Positions 35,855 through 48,900 of a DNA stretch of 64,000 nt are shown piece after piece (position 1 is the first letter of the stretch; the number at the start of each line of letters is the position of its first letter). Both the position numbers and the translations under genes were made by a program. The notes under the pieces were generated by a model. That model was not told the DNA's origin. It made no database searches and saw only the letters and a list, made by a program, of their open reading frames with translations. The stretch is from Azolla caroliniana (lineage: Eukaryota > Plantae > Polypodiophyta): positions 18,352,001-18,416,000 of the forward strand of contig JBHGNT010000002.1 of assembly GCA_043228905.1 (NCBI GenBank), in the 5' to 3' direction.

Positions 35855-38800
35855 ACGGCCTTATACCTCATGAATAGGTGCACAACCTCAGGAGTACACG
35901 ACATAACTCCTCATCAGAAGTTCGTTGGAAAGAAACCGGATTTATCGCATGTCCGCATTTTCAGCTTTGTCGCCTACGTACATATTCTCGACGATACTTG
36001 GCAAAAGCTTGACCCAAAGTCGGACAAATGTATCCTCGTAGGATACTCACTCGAACAGAAGGGGTACAAATGCTACAATCCATCTACCCGTAAGGTTCGA
36101 ACAAGTCGAGATGTAGTCTTCGACGAGTATGCATACTGGTACACACTAGAGAATACTTCGACTCCGCTCGACGTGGATGACATCGAAATAAGAATAGAAG
36201 TCGAGGATTGGCTCACGCAAATGTTCGAAGACAGCCCAACCTCAACACGGCTGAGTGGACCGCAAGAGACCCCAAGTGATAAAAGCACATCTCGGGCAAG
36301 TCCACTGTTAGACAAAGGCAAGACGAAAGTCCAGGAGTATGAAGATCATCTCGATCTCGACAGTGAGTTTGAAGGCCTTGACATCCACATAGACGACGTG
36401 AAGAAACCCCTAGAATCCGCAAATGACAAGCCACGCCGATCCACGCGAGAGAAGAACTCCGTAAACCGCTACGGCTACGATGAGTACATGGCGTATCATT
36501 ACGCATTCATGATGAAGGTAGCGTCAGTACGGGAACCGGAAACGCTTTGAATCCGAAGCCACAAAGGATCTGTGATGGGTCAACGCGATGAATGAGGAGA
36601 TGGAAGTGTTATGCCAAAACGAGACATGGGATCTCGTTCCTCACCCCCCAAAGAAGAAACCAATTGGTTGCAGGTGGATTTACAAGGTGTAGCACAATGC
36701 CGATGGTTCTGTAAATCGCTTCAAAGCACGGCTCGTTGCAAAAGGATATGCACAAACACACGGTGTAGAATACGAAGAGACTTTTGCCCAAGTGGTAAAG
36801 ATGACCACAGTACGAACCGTAATTGCACTCGCCGCAGCGAAAGGGTGGCACCCCCACCAGATGGACATGAAAAATGCAGTCGCGAGGAAAACCGTCCCTA
36901 GGCGGAAACCGAGTTTAGCATGTGTAAATCGGCCCTTACACGCGAGCACACTTTCGTTGTGTGGTAAGTAGGTAGGTACAAGTCGGATGAGGTGAAATCC
37001 TAGGTAGCGCACATTTAATAGGGAGAGAATCGAGTTGTATCTCTGTCCAAAAGGACAGAGAATTAATATGATGTAACGGGTGATAACGGCCTCCCTCCTT
37101 GGGCTATAAAAGAGAGGGAGAGGAATGAGAAGAGGGGATCGCAGGTTAGAGGGGACGAAGTGCTGCCGGACTGGGACCAAGCCCTTCTCCTCTATCTCTC
37201 TCCATAGCAAAATTTGCACAGGTTTTCGAGAGGCTGACTCTGCTCCTTGGAATGCCCGTGTGCTTCTGGCAGAGTTTCCATCTCGCTCTTCTGAGTGTGT
37301 GAGTGAACAGGCGTCGGCGTTCGCCTTGTCGGCCTGTTAGTTGTAACCGTCTCGATATATATATATATATTTTATATACATACGTGTTCATATACTCGGG
37401 CTGGGTTGTCGGACTGTGATTCTTGTGTGCTCCCGTGTCTGTGCGTGTGCAAGTGCGTCCGTTGCCTTTCCACTCTCCTCCTTCTCAGCTATTTCTTGGT
37501 CCAAGACCCCGGTGGTCCCGCCTCGTTCCCCACGCACGCGCGTAACAACGCGACATCTTTGGTGAACCCGACGTGAATAGGCGGCAGAGGAATAGAAAGA
37601 TAAGGGGGTCGGATCTCGCGGAAGCCATGGCTTGGGCTATAGATCGGATAGTGAGTGCGCGCGAAGGCGCAGGCACCCTCGATAGGGCTATTGAAGCGGT
37701 CGTCGGCACAATAGGCCGGTTCGGTGGGAAGGACGCCACGAGCTATTTGGAGGCCTACCGGGCCGAGATGGTAATGAGAGACATTCCGGAAGAAAGAGGA
37801 CTGGCCGGATTCCCTCGGGTGGCGATGCCGGGCATCTATGCAGAGGTGCTCGAGGTACGGGCTGAGAGCCGGACCTGGGAAGAGTTTGAAGGTTGTCTCC
37901 TCGAAAAATACGGGCTTGATGACGCGCTCCAGCTCTCGAAACGGGACTTCATGGAATGGGTAGAGACCCCCGAAAAGGGGAGAAACGCGTCGGTGCTCCT
38001 CCGGGAGTTTGAAGAATGCTTCGCGCGACTTTCGGCGCTCGACCGGACCGTACTAGACACAAGTCGCGTCCTACTGTTCATTAAGTCGGTGGATGCGAGG
38101 GACCGGGAGCAAGTTGGGTCTCCTGCTGGAGACTGATGACGGGCTGACGACCGACTGGGTTGTGGTGAAGAGGGTCTGTGGCCGTTTCGACAAACGACGA
38201 GAGTGGGTCGATAAAGGATCAACAGGGGCGGGCTCTGTAGCAGCAAGGAAACTCGAGCCGACCCCGCCAGTGCAAAGGGAAGAGATCCGAGGCTGGCTCG
38301 AGACCGGATCGACTTCGACCGGCATGGTGAAAGGTTCGTCTGGAGGAGCAGCTCTAGAGGAGCTGACTAGGATGGTAAAGGACCTCCAGATTGCGCAGGC
38401 ACGGAGGGACGACAGCAAACAGGCCCGTGACCGAAGGCCTGTGGCTGGAAACTGGTGTTTGTGGTGCGACGCGGTCGGCCACGTCTAGAAGGACTGCGGG
38501 GACTTCGCCGAGGCAATGAGAGCCAACGTGGTGTACCTATGGAACGGTCGGGTGCACGCTAGCGAGACCCAAAGGACCCTGGACCTGAATGTCGGACGAG
38601 GGGGTATGAAACGGTTGATGGAAGAAGCGACGGCTCGCCACGCAGAGACCGTCCACTACTCGGCGTCGGCTGGGATCCGGGTCGGAGGTGGTGAGGCCCA
38701 GAAGATGAACGAAGCCGGATTCTGGCCGCTGATGCTGGAAGGCCTCCCCGGCGCACGGCTAAGGAAAGAAGAAGCGGACCGTACGGAAAAATGGGCCCGA

Positions 38801-39098
38801 GAGGTAACCGGGTGGAGCGACCCGGTCGAAGAGAAGACGGGCTTCGTTGAAGCCGCATGCCAGAACTACGAGGCTCTGGTGGAAGACAAGCGAGCAGGTA
38901 AAACCGGAGGGGCCGGGCCCTCGCAACGGTACAAGACCCGATTCGGTCAAAGGCAAAATGAGGCCGATGCGACCGGCACACCGGATAAAGCCAAGAAGGC
39001 CGGATACCGGTTGAGCACGGAAATCGAAAGGACCACGGACTTGCGAAAGGTCCTGGAGGAACGTATCCTCGACAACAAAGTGGAGTTGTCGCTGAGAG

Positions 39099-39528
39099 TA
39101 TCAGGAACAGTACTAAGACAGAGAAGGACTTAGTACTAAAAGAAGTATTAGTACTAAGAGAGGTGAAGAACTCTCGAGAGAAGGAAAGAGTGAGTGAGAG
39201 GGAGGGAGAGAGAGATCGAGAGAGAGAGAGAGTGATGATAAGAAAAGATATATATTATGTGAAGAAAATGTACAGTAACTAGGAGGCTTAAGACTGGCGT
39301 AGAACCGATTTGGTTCGAAATAATGCCTTGTGCCTCCTTTTATAGTGTTCTAAGGAATACTCCTGAAGTTTCTAGAATGTTCCAGAGAAATCTGGAATAT
39401 ACATCAATTTTCTATAATAAAACATAAATGAAAATAATATTCTACGTATTACAATGTATAATCTAATGGTCAAGAGCTCGACCCATGTAGCATAAGGTCA
39501 TGGGTTCGAGTCTTGCCATATCATGACA
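39099..39528 (-). mobile_element. Solo LTR related to chromovirus H
   Basis: TSD GAGAG (39094-39098 and 39529-39533). Reverse complement aligns with the H LTR (GACTCGAACCCAT, CTATAAAAGGAGGC, AAATCGGTTC, AGTACTA repeats). Confidence 0.9.
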
Positions 39529-40910
39529 GAGAGAAGTGCTCGGGATCGCCAAGGAGTTCCACGACTCCATTGTAGACTTGGTGAAGAGGAAGAGGTTGTC
39601 GACAGAGCCAGAGTCGAAGAAGCCGGTGGAAGTGCGAACGACGCACATAGAAGACATGGCGTTAGAAGATGAGTTGGTAGAGAGCCACTATTCGAGGCCA
39701 CACTGGGCTAGAGCGACCACGGAGACCCCTGTTAAGATCGGGGATGTCCAGGAGCCGGTGGTGGCATTGGTGGACCACGGTTCAGAAATCATGGACTTCT
39801 ACAAAAAGTGGAAATGGCCGATCAACACCAAACACGGTTGGGAAATACGGGCAGCGACGCGCGCCACAGAAGAACTACATGGAGCCTGCCCGAACGTACG
39901 AGTGAAAATCGGCGATGTCGAGATCGACCAACATTTCTTCATGCAGGAGACATCCTCACATACGGTTATACTAGGAGAACCATACATCACGGCGGCACGG
40001 ATGGAGACCAAGGTGTTGGACAACGGTTCGGCCTATGCAAGAGTCAAGAGCTAGGACGGGCGTCACTTGGTCCAGTTCTTGATGGTGCGACCAAACCATG
40101 AGCGTAACCGCGAGACCCTCAATGGTGAAACCCGAGGAGATTTTTAGAGAGGGCTATCAAGCGTGGGGCCGCGATAGTCCGGACACCCCGGAAAAACCCC
40201 ACAAATGTACAGTACGGAAGAAGACCTGCATAGGTTGTACTATGGCCGGCGTCAGCAGCCGGGAAAGGAAGTGAGCGGAAGAGCGGCTCAGGGGATGCGG
40301 AGTCCTCTCTCCCGATGCGGTCTCTTTTGACGACACCTTGGGCGAGTTGCGAAAGGTGATCGGTGAAGACCTTAGAGAAGACCGGACCATTCCGGTAGGT
40401 TCGATGGGAATGTATGAAGTCATCGCGGACTTCGGGGAAAGGATCGGGTCGGATTGGACGGCCCGCGTGAGTACAAAGTACAAGACTGTGGACCGGAAGG
40501 TAAGGCCGGTCGCGGCACCCTTGCCAGAGGGCAACGAGGTGCGGATAAAGGGGGTCGCGTCGGACCCAAGTTTACGGAATCCGGCTGGCATAGGGCACCG
40601 GTTCACCGACATAACGCTACGGGAGCTCAAGGTCCATGGGGGTCGCTTTCTACTGCCGGCGGAGGAGAACAGGTTTTGGAGAATGCTTGGAAGGCATGGG
40701 AAAGCCTTCGCATTCTTGCCGGAGGAGATAGGGTGTGTAGACCCGACGATCGTCGAACCGATGGTGATCTTCACGGTACCGCATGTACCATGGAATCTCA
40801 AACCAATTCCGGTGCCGAGAGCTCACATCCCGAAGTTGATGGAGCTTCTGAAGCAAAAGGTGGAGATGGGCATCCTCGAACCGTTGAGTGCCCCGTATTC
40901 GAATCGGTGG

Positions 40911-41576
40911 TTTACGGTGCCGAAGAAGAACGGCACGCTGCGCTTCATTCAGGACCTGCAACCGGTTAACAAGGTGACCAACCGTAATGCAGGAATCGAA
41001 CCGACCATAGACGAGTTCCCAGAGGCCTTCACTGGAAGGTCGATCTATTCGGTCGGTGACTTATACTCCGGGTACGACCAGTTCCAGCTAGCCATGGAGA
41101 GCAGGGATATCACGACAATGCGAACTCCTCTCGGCCTAGTACGGATGTCTACCCTACCACAAGGCGGGACAAATTCCGTGGCGCATATGGTGAACGCAAT
41201 GAACAAGGTGCTAAGGGACTGCATCCCAGACATCACCATGCCATTTACGGTGCCGAAGAAGAACGGCACGCTGCGCTTCATTCAGGACCTGCAACTAGTT
41301 AACAAGGTGACCAACCGTAATGCAGGAATCAGACCGACCATACACGAGTTCGCGGAGGCCTTCGCTGGAAGGTCGATCTATTCGGTCGGTGACTTATACT
41401 CGGTGTACGACCAGTTCCAGCTAGCCATGGAGAGCAGGGATATCACAACGATGTGAACTCCTCTCGGCCTAGTACGGATGTCTACCCTACCACAAGGTGG
41501 GACAAATTTGGTGGCGCATATGGTGAACGCAATGAACAAGGTGGTAAGGGACTGCATCTCGGACATCACCATGCCA
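40911..41576 (+). repeat. 333-bp in-frame tandem duplication in G2 RT
   Basis: TTTACGGTGCCGAAGAAGAACGGC at 40911 and 41244; FTVPKKNGTLRFIQDLQ occurs twice. Confidence 0.92.
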
Positions 41577-44500
41577 TTCTTGGACAACATCCCGATAGAG
41601 GGGTGTCTGGTGGATGACGCGGACGAGACTGTCAGGCCGAACAGATGCCGGAGGTTCGCCGTGAACCACATCAACGATTGCGAGAAGGTGCTGCAGAGGC
41701 TCGAAAACGCACGACTCACCCTCTCCGGAGAAAAATCGGCGTTCAGGCAGTCGGAGATCTTGGTGTTCGGGCACCTGTGTGGGCCCTACAGTAGGAAACC
41801 GTCTCCAGCAAAGATAGAGGCCATCTCAGCGATGAGGAACGATTGCGGGTCGGTCACGGAGTTCCGCAGATTCTTGGGAGCATGCACGTTCTACCACATC
41901 TAGATTCCGCACTACGTGCATGTTGCGGAGCCTCTCTACGGGCTACTGAAAAAAGGGCGTGGGTTCGAGTGGAGGACGGAGCACACGGAGTCAGTCCGGA
42001 GAATAAAGGGGGCGCTTACGGTGGCACCGGCCCTCCGTAAAGCGGTTTACGGCGAGGGTGTCCCCATTTGCGTGACGGTGGACACGAGCCCGACCGGGAT
42101 CAGGTGGGTAATCAGTCAGGAGGACAAGGACGGCGTACGATTCCCGATCCGGTTAGGGGCGAAGGTATTGAGCGAGCGGTAGCGAGGATACGACCAAGTT
42201 AAGCACGAGCTTTGGGGTATCGTTTCGGCAGTCAAGGCCGACAAGGACTATCTGATCGGGACGGAGGTAATAATCGAGACGGACTGCCTACCGATTCTCG
42301 GCATGGTTTCCGAATGCGCGACGCCGGACCTGGCAATGCTCAGGTGGATAGCGTACATCAAGTCCCTGAATCCGGAGATACGACACATTTCCGGAAAAGA
42401 CAATGCCATGGCTGACATGCTCTCAAGGGCGAGGTTCGAAAACGAGGACGACATGGTTTCGGAGGACGAGGAAGTCAACGTAGATTTCTTCGAGGTGGCA
42501 TACGTGACGACCAGAGAGGAGAACACTCCGGCGCTTAACAAATTCGACGAAAGCAAGTATGACGAGGAGTGGCTCCAGATCGGCGGGCTCCTAAAAACAA
42601 TGACACTGGACGCGGCGTGGACAAAGGAAGAGACCAACCGGATCCGGAAGAAAGCGTACCGATCTTCCTTCGGGACGGGTACATATGGAAGCACCCGAAG
42701 AAGAGGGACGACATCGCGCTCTGAGTGGTGGGGAAGAAGGAGAAACAGGAGGAGTTGCTAGAGGCCTACCACGAGAGTCCATGGGCCGGACACCGCGGAA
42801 CGTGGGCCACGTTCGAGAAGTTGAAGGGGAAGTACTGGTGGCTAGGACTGTACTGAGACGTGCACTGGTTCGTGACGACTTGCAAAAGCTGCCAGATGCA
42901 CTCCATAGTCCGACACCGGGACGAGCTTCACCCGACCTACCCTCCGACCGTCCACTTCAAATGGATGGTGGATTTGGTGACGATGCCGATGGGGGTAGGA
43001 CAGATGCGTTACCTGGTGCTTGCGCGGGAAGACTTAACGAACCAGGTGGAAGGCCGTGCACTACAGAACAAGACAACCGCGGCGGTATGCCGGTTCCTGA
43101 TCGAAGAGGTAGTTTGTTAGTATGGGTGCGTGGTGAGGATCGTGGCAGGCCGGGGAGAGCTGGATGTGCGAGAAGCTGAGGAGCTGTTCGACCAGCTAGT
43201 GGTCAAACTCTCCCTCACTACGACGTACAATCCGGAGGCGAACGGGAAAGTAGAGCGTGGGCACGGGCTGATCGTAAAGGCGTCGGTGCGTGCATGCGGA
43301 GGGCAGGTCAGGAATTGGCCGCGGCTCCTTCCTTACGCACTATGGGCGGACTGAACTACGCACAGTTCGATAACCGGGTTCATGCCGGCAAAGGTTATGT
43401 ACGGACAGAGGCCGATCATGCCAATGGTGCGAACCATCTCCTCATGGGCCACGGTGGACTGGAGAGATGAGATGAGCCGGGAGGAGCTACTAGCGGCGCG
43501 GATTCGACAGCTCGAGCGAAGGCCGGAGGACATGGAACGAGCCGCGAAGAAGCTTCGGTTGGCAAGGTTGAAGAACAAAAGGCGGTTTGAGCGGACTCAC
43601 CGACTGCGACCGAAGAAAATCGAAGAAGGTGATTGGGTCCTAGTGTATGACAGCAGCCTCGACAACCAGCACAGGGCAACGCGGAAGTTTGCGAGGAGGT
43701 GGTTCGGGCCTTACATGGTGACAAGCGCCAACGACAACGGGACCTACCATCTTGCGGAGTTCGACGGTACGAGGATGGCAATACCGGTAGCGGGGAAGAG
43801 TGTCAAAGTGTTTAAGAAACAACACGAGTGCGAGCCAGATCTGGAAAGCATGGACGGTGACGACGGGCGGTCCAAGGAGGATGAAGAACCGGGAGACGAG
43901 GGGTAAAGCATGGGCCGGTTTTCTCCAGCAAGAGCCCTATTTTGGTGCATACCGGTGGATGCGCGGTTAGGTGGGGGCGGATGTTGCGAGGAAAACTGTC
44001 CCTAGGCGGAAACCGAGTTCAACATGTGTAAATCGGCCCTTACACGCGAGCACACTTTCATTGTGTGGTAAGTAGGTAGGTACAAGTCGGATGAGGTGAA
44101 ATCCTAGGTAGCGCGCATTTAATAGGGAGAGAATCGAGTTGTATCTCTGTCCGAAAGGACAGAGAATTAATAAAAGAGAGGGAGAGGAATGAGAAGAGGG
44201 GATCACAGGTTAGAGGGGACGAAGTGCTGCCGGACTGGGATCGAGCCCTTCTCCTCTGTCTCTCTCCATAGCCATTTTTGCGCAGGTTTTCGGGAGGCTG
44301 ACTCTGCTTCGTGGAACGCCCGTGTGCTTCCGGCAGAGTCTCCATCTCGCTCTTCTGAGTGTGTGAGTGAACAGGCGTCGGCGTTCGCCTTGCCGGCCTG
44401 TTAGTTGTAACCGTCTCGATATATATATATATATATTTTATATACATACGTGTTCATATACTCGGGCTTCGAGTAGTCCCGTTTCGCTGTGTTGTCGAAC

Positions 44501-45846
44501 TGTGATTCTTGTGTGCTCCCGTGTCTATGCGTGTGCAAGTGCATCCGTTGCCTTTCCGCTCTCCTCCTTCTCAGCTATTTCTTGGTCCAAGACTCCGGTG
44601 GTCCCACCTCGTTCCCCATGCACGCATGCTTTCCTCCAAGGAGAGCTAGAAGAAGAGGTGTATATGACACAACCACCCGGATTCGAATCACGTAATCATC
44701 CGCACGCCGTATGCCGATTCAGGAAGCCGCTCTACGGCCTCCAGAAAGCACTGCGTGCTTGGCATTCGAAGATAACGCAATATCTTCATCAAATCGGCTT
44801 CCGTATGTCAAAATCAGACAACTCCCTCTACATATGAAGCGATTCTGTAAGTCTGATCGTCATCATTCTATACGTGGATGACTTGGTTATCGGAGGAAAG
44901 GATCTCGCTAAGATTAACAAAGTTAAATCACTTCTTTCCGGCAGATTCGAAATGAAGGACCTGCACGAACTTCATTACTTCCTAGGTATTGAAGTAATTC
45001 GGACACCAGACGGGATAATGATCTCACAACGACACTACATCCTCAGCTTACTGTACAAATTCGGAATGACAAAGTGCAAACCTGTGACTACCCCTCTTGA
45101 TCGCAATATCAAGATTGATGCCAGTTCAGGCACGATCGAGACTGAACCGACTCAGTATCGCCAACTGATCGACAACTTGATCTATCTCACCATTACGCGA
45201 CCCGACCTAAGTTATTCGGTCGGCCTACTTAGCCAATTCATGCAGAATCCAAGAAACCTTCACCTCGATTGCGCTAAGAGGATACTACGGTATGTCAACA
45301 CAACAGTGGATTATGGCATCTTGTATAAGTCAAATACGACCATTCGACTTGAAGGGTACATAGACGTAGACTGGGCACGATACGAAGTGGATAGATGATC
45401 CACATCCGGATTCGTCTTCTTCCTCGGCAGTGGAGTGATCTCCTGGAGTAGCAAGAAACAGCCGACAGTCGCACTGTCAAGCACGAAAGCTGAATACAGG
45501 GGCGCAACAGTCGCCACATGCGAAGCCATATGGCTTAAGCGTATACTAAAAGATCTGGGCGTACCCATCAAAGATCCAATATGCCTGTACTGCGACAACA
45601 TAAGCAGTATCTACCTCGCGTGTCACCTCGTATTTCACGCGCGGACTAAACACATCGAAGTGCACTACCACTTCATCTGCGAGCGCGTCCAGGCCGGAGA
45701 CATTGACCTCCAACATATCAACACGCACCTACAAGTCGATGATATCTTTACGAAGGCCTTAGGCATCAACAAGCTCGGGCAATTTGCATCGGATCTTGGT
45801 CTCACGTCATCCACATTGCCAAGCTTGAGGGGGAGTACACAGACGC

Positions 45847-45909
45847 AGCACGGATAGGCTACGCAATACGCAACAAAGCACGGATAGGCTACGCAATACG
45901 CAACAAAGC
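45847..45909 (+). repeat. 30-bp perfect tandem repeat in the Copia E 3' UTR
   Basis: AGCACGGATAGGCTACGCAATACGCAACAA x2. Confidence 0.9.
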
Positions 45910-46174
45910 TGACTAGACAAGTCGAAGTATGAACCAAATGACTTTCCAACAGATGGAAGTTGTGTTCAAAGGGGCTTGTTGAGAATCGAACTCAACTTCC
46001 CATAGGTAGGCTTCACACTAGCTCATGGATATTCCAGGCTAGTTTTGTAAATAGTAGAAAGGGCGCTTGCCCTAGCTTAGTTGGTATATAAACCAACTCA
46101 TTGTAATTGAGTCATCGTTGGATGTACTTTGTCTTGTTAATATCATATACACTTTTGTCTATCTCTGTCCCTTG

Positions 46175-46209
<35 letters not shown>

Positions 46210-48249
46210 GTTGCACACACACACACATATGTTCACCTTCCGTTGCATTGCAACCACTCTTGCCTTCCCATTTTTTAACAATTATACATAGAGCGGCAAA
46301 TGGAGACCTTATTAGAACTTGTTGAAAACGAAAACGAGGCTTATATCCCATAAAATTCATTCCTACATCTCTCATTTTAGAAGAATATCATTCTACCCCA
46401 ATACAATCCTGTATATCTCGAACCAATATTAATACTCCTTCTCTTTGGCATCTCCGTCTAGACCATATGCATTTCAATGCTAAAAACACTAAAATGTAAT
46501 AACCTAGTCCATGGTTTGCCAAAAGAACCTTTCAAACTGATCTCTTTGTGCAAAAGTTGTATCCTTGGCAAAATACACCCAACAACCCTTCTCAAAGCAT
46601 AGATCAAGATCCTCTTCCCCTCTTGCTTTAGTACATAGCGATCTATGTGGACCATTTCCAACCCCTTGTCTTAGTGTAGCCAAATACTTCATTAGCTTTA
46701 TAGACGACTTTGGTCATTTCACAATCTTGCACTTAAATATAAAAGTCAGGCTTATCAAGCATTAAGGAATACAAAGCTTTAGCCGAAGTGCAAACATCAA
46801 CAAAAGTTAAATGTTTTCAAACCAATGGTGGTGGTCAATATATGTTTCATGAATTTCAATCATTCTTACAAAAAGGTGTACATCATAGAATATCAACACC
46901 ACACACACCACAACAAAATGGTGTATCTAAAAGAAAGAATAGAAGATTTCTCAATATGGCTCGTAGAATGCTACAATGCGCACAACTATCACCACAAATT
47001 TGGGAGGAAGCAGTTGTCGCCACTTGCAACATTAAAAATCAAGGATTTCATAAATCCTTGGGGCTACAAACTCCTTAGCTATGGCATGATAAAGGATTTC
47101 ACATTTTTGGTTGTGATGCTTATGCTTTTGTGCCCAATGTTCAAAGAAATAAGCTAGACCCAAAAGCTACCAAATCAATTTTCTGCATTCACACTTTGCT
47201 TTTGCACATAATGCCTCATTTTTGCGCATTATCCACATAAAGAGAAATTGTATAGGGATAGGGCAAGATTCAAAATGTGGGGAAGTTGAACCCAAATGTG
47301 AAGATAAAGCATTGTCGTAAAGTATGATAGTTTGATTAATGATGTGAAGGTAAAGACTTCATAATTGTTAAGTCTCCTCATCAATCCCAAATGCCTCATC
47401 TCACAAGAAGTTGAATGTGAGCTAAGTAGTATGGAATCAATGACGTAAATGGTAGATAAAGGCCCTAGTTCATGTAATATCGGAGTGTTGTTTGCCCATT
47501 CAAAAGGGAATATGTTTTTATAGTTTGGTGTAACACGTGTAGTATAATGTACAAGATATGAGCCTCCACATTTCTACTAACTTGTGATACATCAACATTG
47601 CCAAATATCCTTTGTCCCTTCGTGTTGTGACTTACTAATGGTCTTCTTCGCACTAGATCATTTTCAAGATCGAATAGGCACCATGCACCCTTTCGCGATC
47701 GAAGAGTGGGTACAATCCACCTTCTAGCATTCCAATTAGCTGCCTACTAATGAGCGTAACAAACACTTGATATAACAAGAAGCTAATAAAATTGACTTAA
47801 ATGTTAATCATTCACAAATCAAAAGCACAATGGCATTATTAGGAAATCACAAGAGAGATGTTACTAACCAACTTCTCACAATCCTCAAAACTTTACATGA
47901 TGTTTTCACCTGGAAGCTTATTAAAATAATAATACAATAATTACGTAAGCTTAGAGAGAGAAAGGAAGGCTAAGGAAAGAGATTATAGTCTTATGAGATT
48001 AGGGATCTCTAGCTTAAGTGGAGAGAGAGCTCTCAAAAACTGAGAGGACGAAGTATAAAAGTTTATACCTTTAATTTTATATCTGTCTTTTACATTTAAG
48101 GCTATTTATGTTCTTGGTCTCCCTCTATTTTACTAGCCCTATGTTCTTATAAGGTTTTTTAATGTTAGGTACACTTCCTCTTGGTCTTCAATACTTGTCC
48201 CTCATCCGATTATAACCTCCCAATGTAACATGGCCCCTACTATAATGAG

Positions 48250-48900
48250 TGCACTCTCTTGTGAGCACCCATAGCGGTGGAGGGGCAATTTATTAACAAT
48301 TTTTGAAATGTGGATGTTGTGAAGAAGGTGACAACGGGAGTTGAACTAGGGCACAACAAAGGTTTTTGATGGAGAGAGGTCGAATGCAAGCTTGTGTCAA
48401 TTTATCTTAGAATGTTGGGTCATTAAGGAATTGAAGGTGACCTGAAGGTTGAAGTTTAGGTGGTTTTGTAAATGGGACTGCAACAACTTCATGGAATCAA
48501 TACTACTATTACATGGGAGAAATAAACCATTCTTTCATTTTATCATTGTAAAGTTGAGGATACAAGAATAAGTCTACATTTGGTTCTTCCTTGATGTTTG
48601 GATTATAAATGAACAACCTTTTAAGTGGGAGTCGGATGCCATGGAAATCTAATTGCCACAGAATTGGAGATGTATGGTGACTTGTAGAGGACTTTGTGGC
48701 CATTCACCCTATTCAGTCCTAGTGAAAAGATTGAATAGTGGTTGTAGAATATTGAAAATATCAACAAAGTTATTGTCGAAGTTTGTAGTGTTGAATGGTT
48801 TATGTTGTGTTTTTGTAGGATTAGGTGAATGTGAAGGTGAGGATTTTGTGAATGGTGGGTGTAGGCCGACAATTATACAAAGAAATAGTTTTGGAATAGA
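48250..48900 (-). pseudogene. Possible highly decayed LINE ORF1 remnant
   Basis: Weak motif resemblance only: PILWQLDFHGIRLPL, LAFDLSPS, KLPLHRYGC (zinc-knuckle-like). Confidence 0.25.

Larger units (their letters stand above)
36878..44625 (+). mobile_element. Ty3/Gypsy non-chromovirus element G2 (tRNA-Trp PBS)
   Basis: LTRs 36878-37555 and 43982-44625 (last ~16 nt deleted). PBS TGGTGAACCCGACGTGA at 37560-37576. PPT 43969-43981. ATGC on both flanks restores host KNAFLQG. Degenerate Gag-PR-RT-RH-INT over 37573-43906. Confidence 0.92.
26212..46280 (+). mobile_element. Ty1/Copia element E, interrupted by G1 and G2
   Basis: LTRs 26212-26474 and 45977-46280. TSD ATTAT. PBS TGGTATTAGAG at 26475. 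Coding pieces 26577-28753 (Gag-PR-INT), 35855-36877 (INT-RT) and 44626-45857 (RT YVDD, RNase H). Confidence 0.93.
19293..47185 (+). mobile_element. Old AT-rich Copia C (host of the nested cluster); own sequence 19293-20551, 26189-26211, 46286-47185
   Basis: Gag MAQF..IEKLPDTNNRIWKARL, CKICKRSNH, protease WYLETGATNH. After the insertions come LWHLRL, VHSDLCGP and TPHTPQQNGVSKRKN. LTRs and RT were not found. Confidence 0.8.

Noticed and set aside
47200-48250. Unassigned AT-rich stretch
   Set aside because: No termini, TSD or protein motif that I can support.
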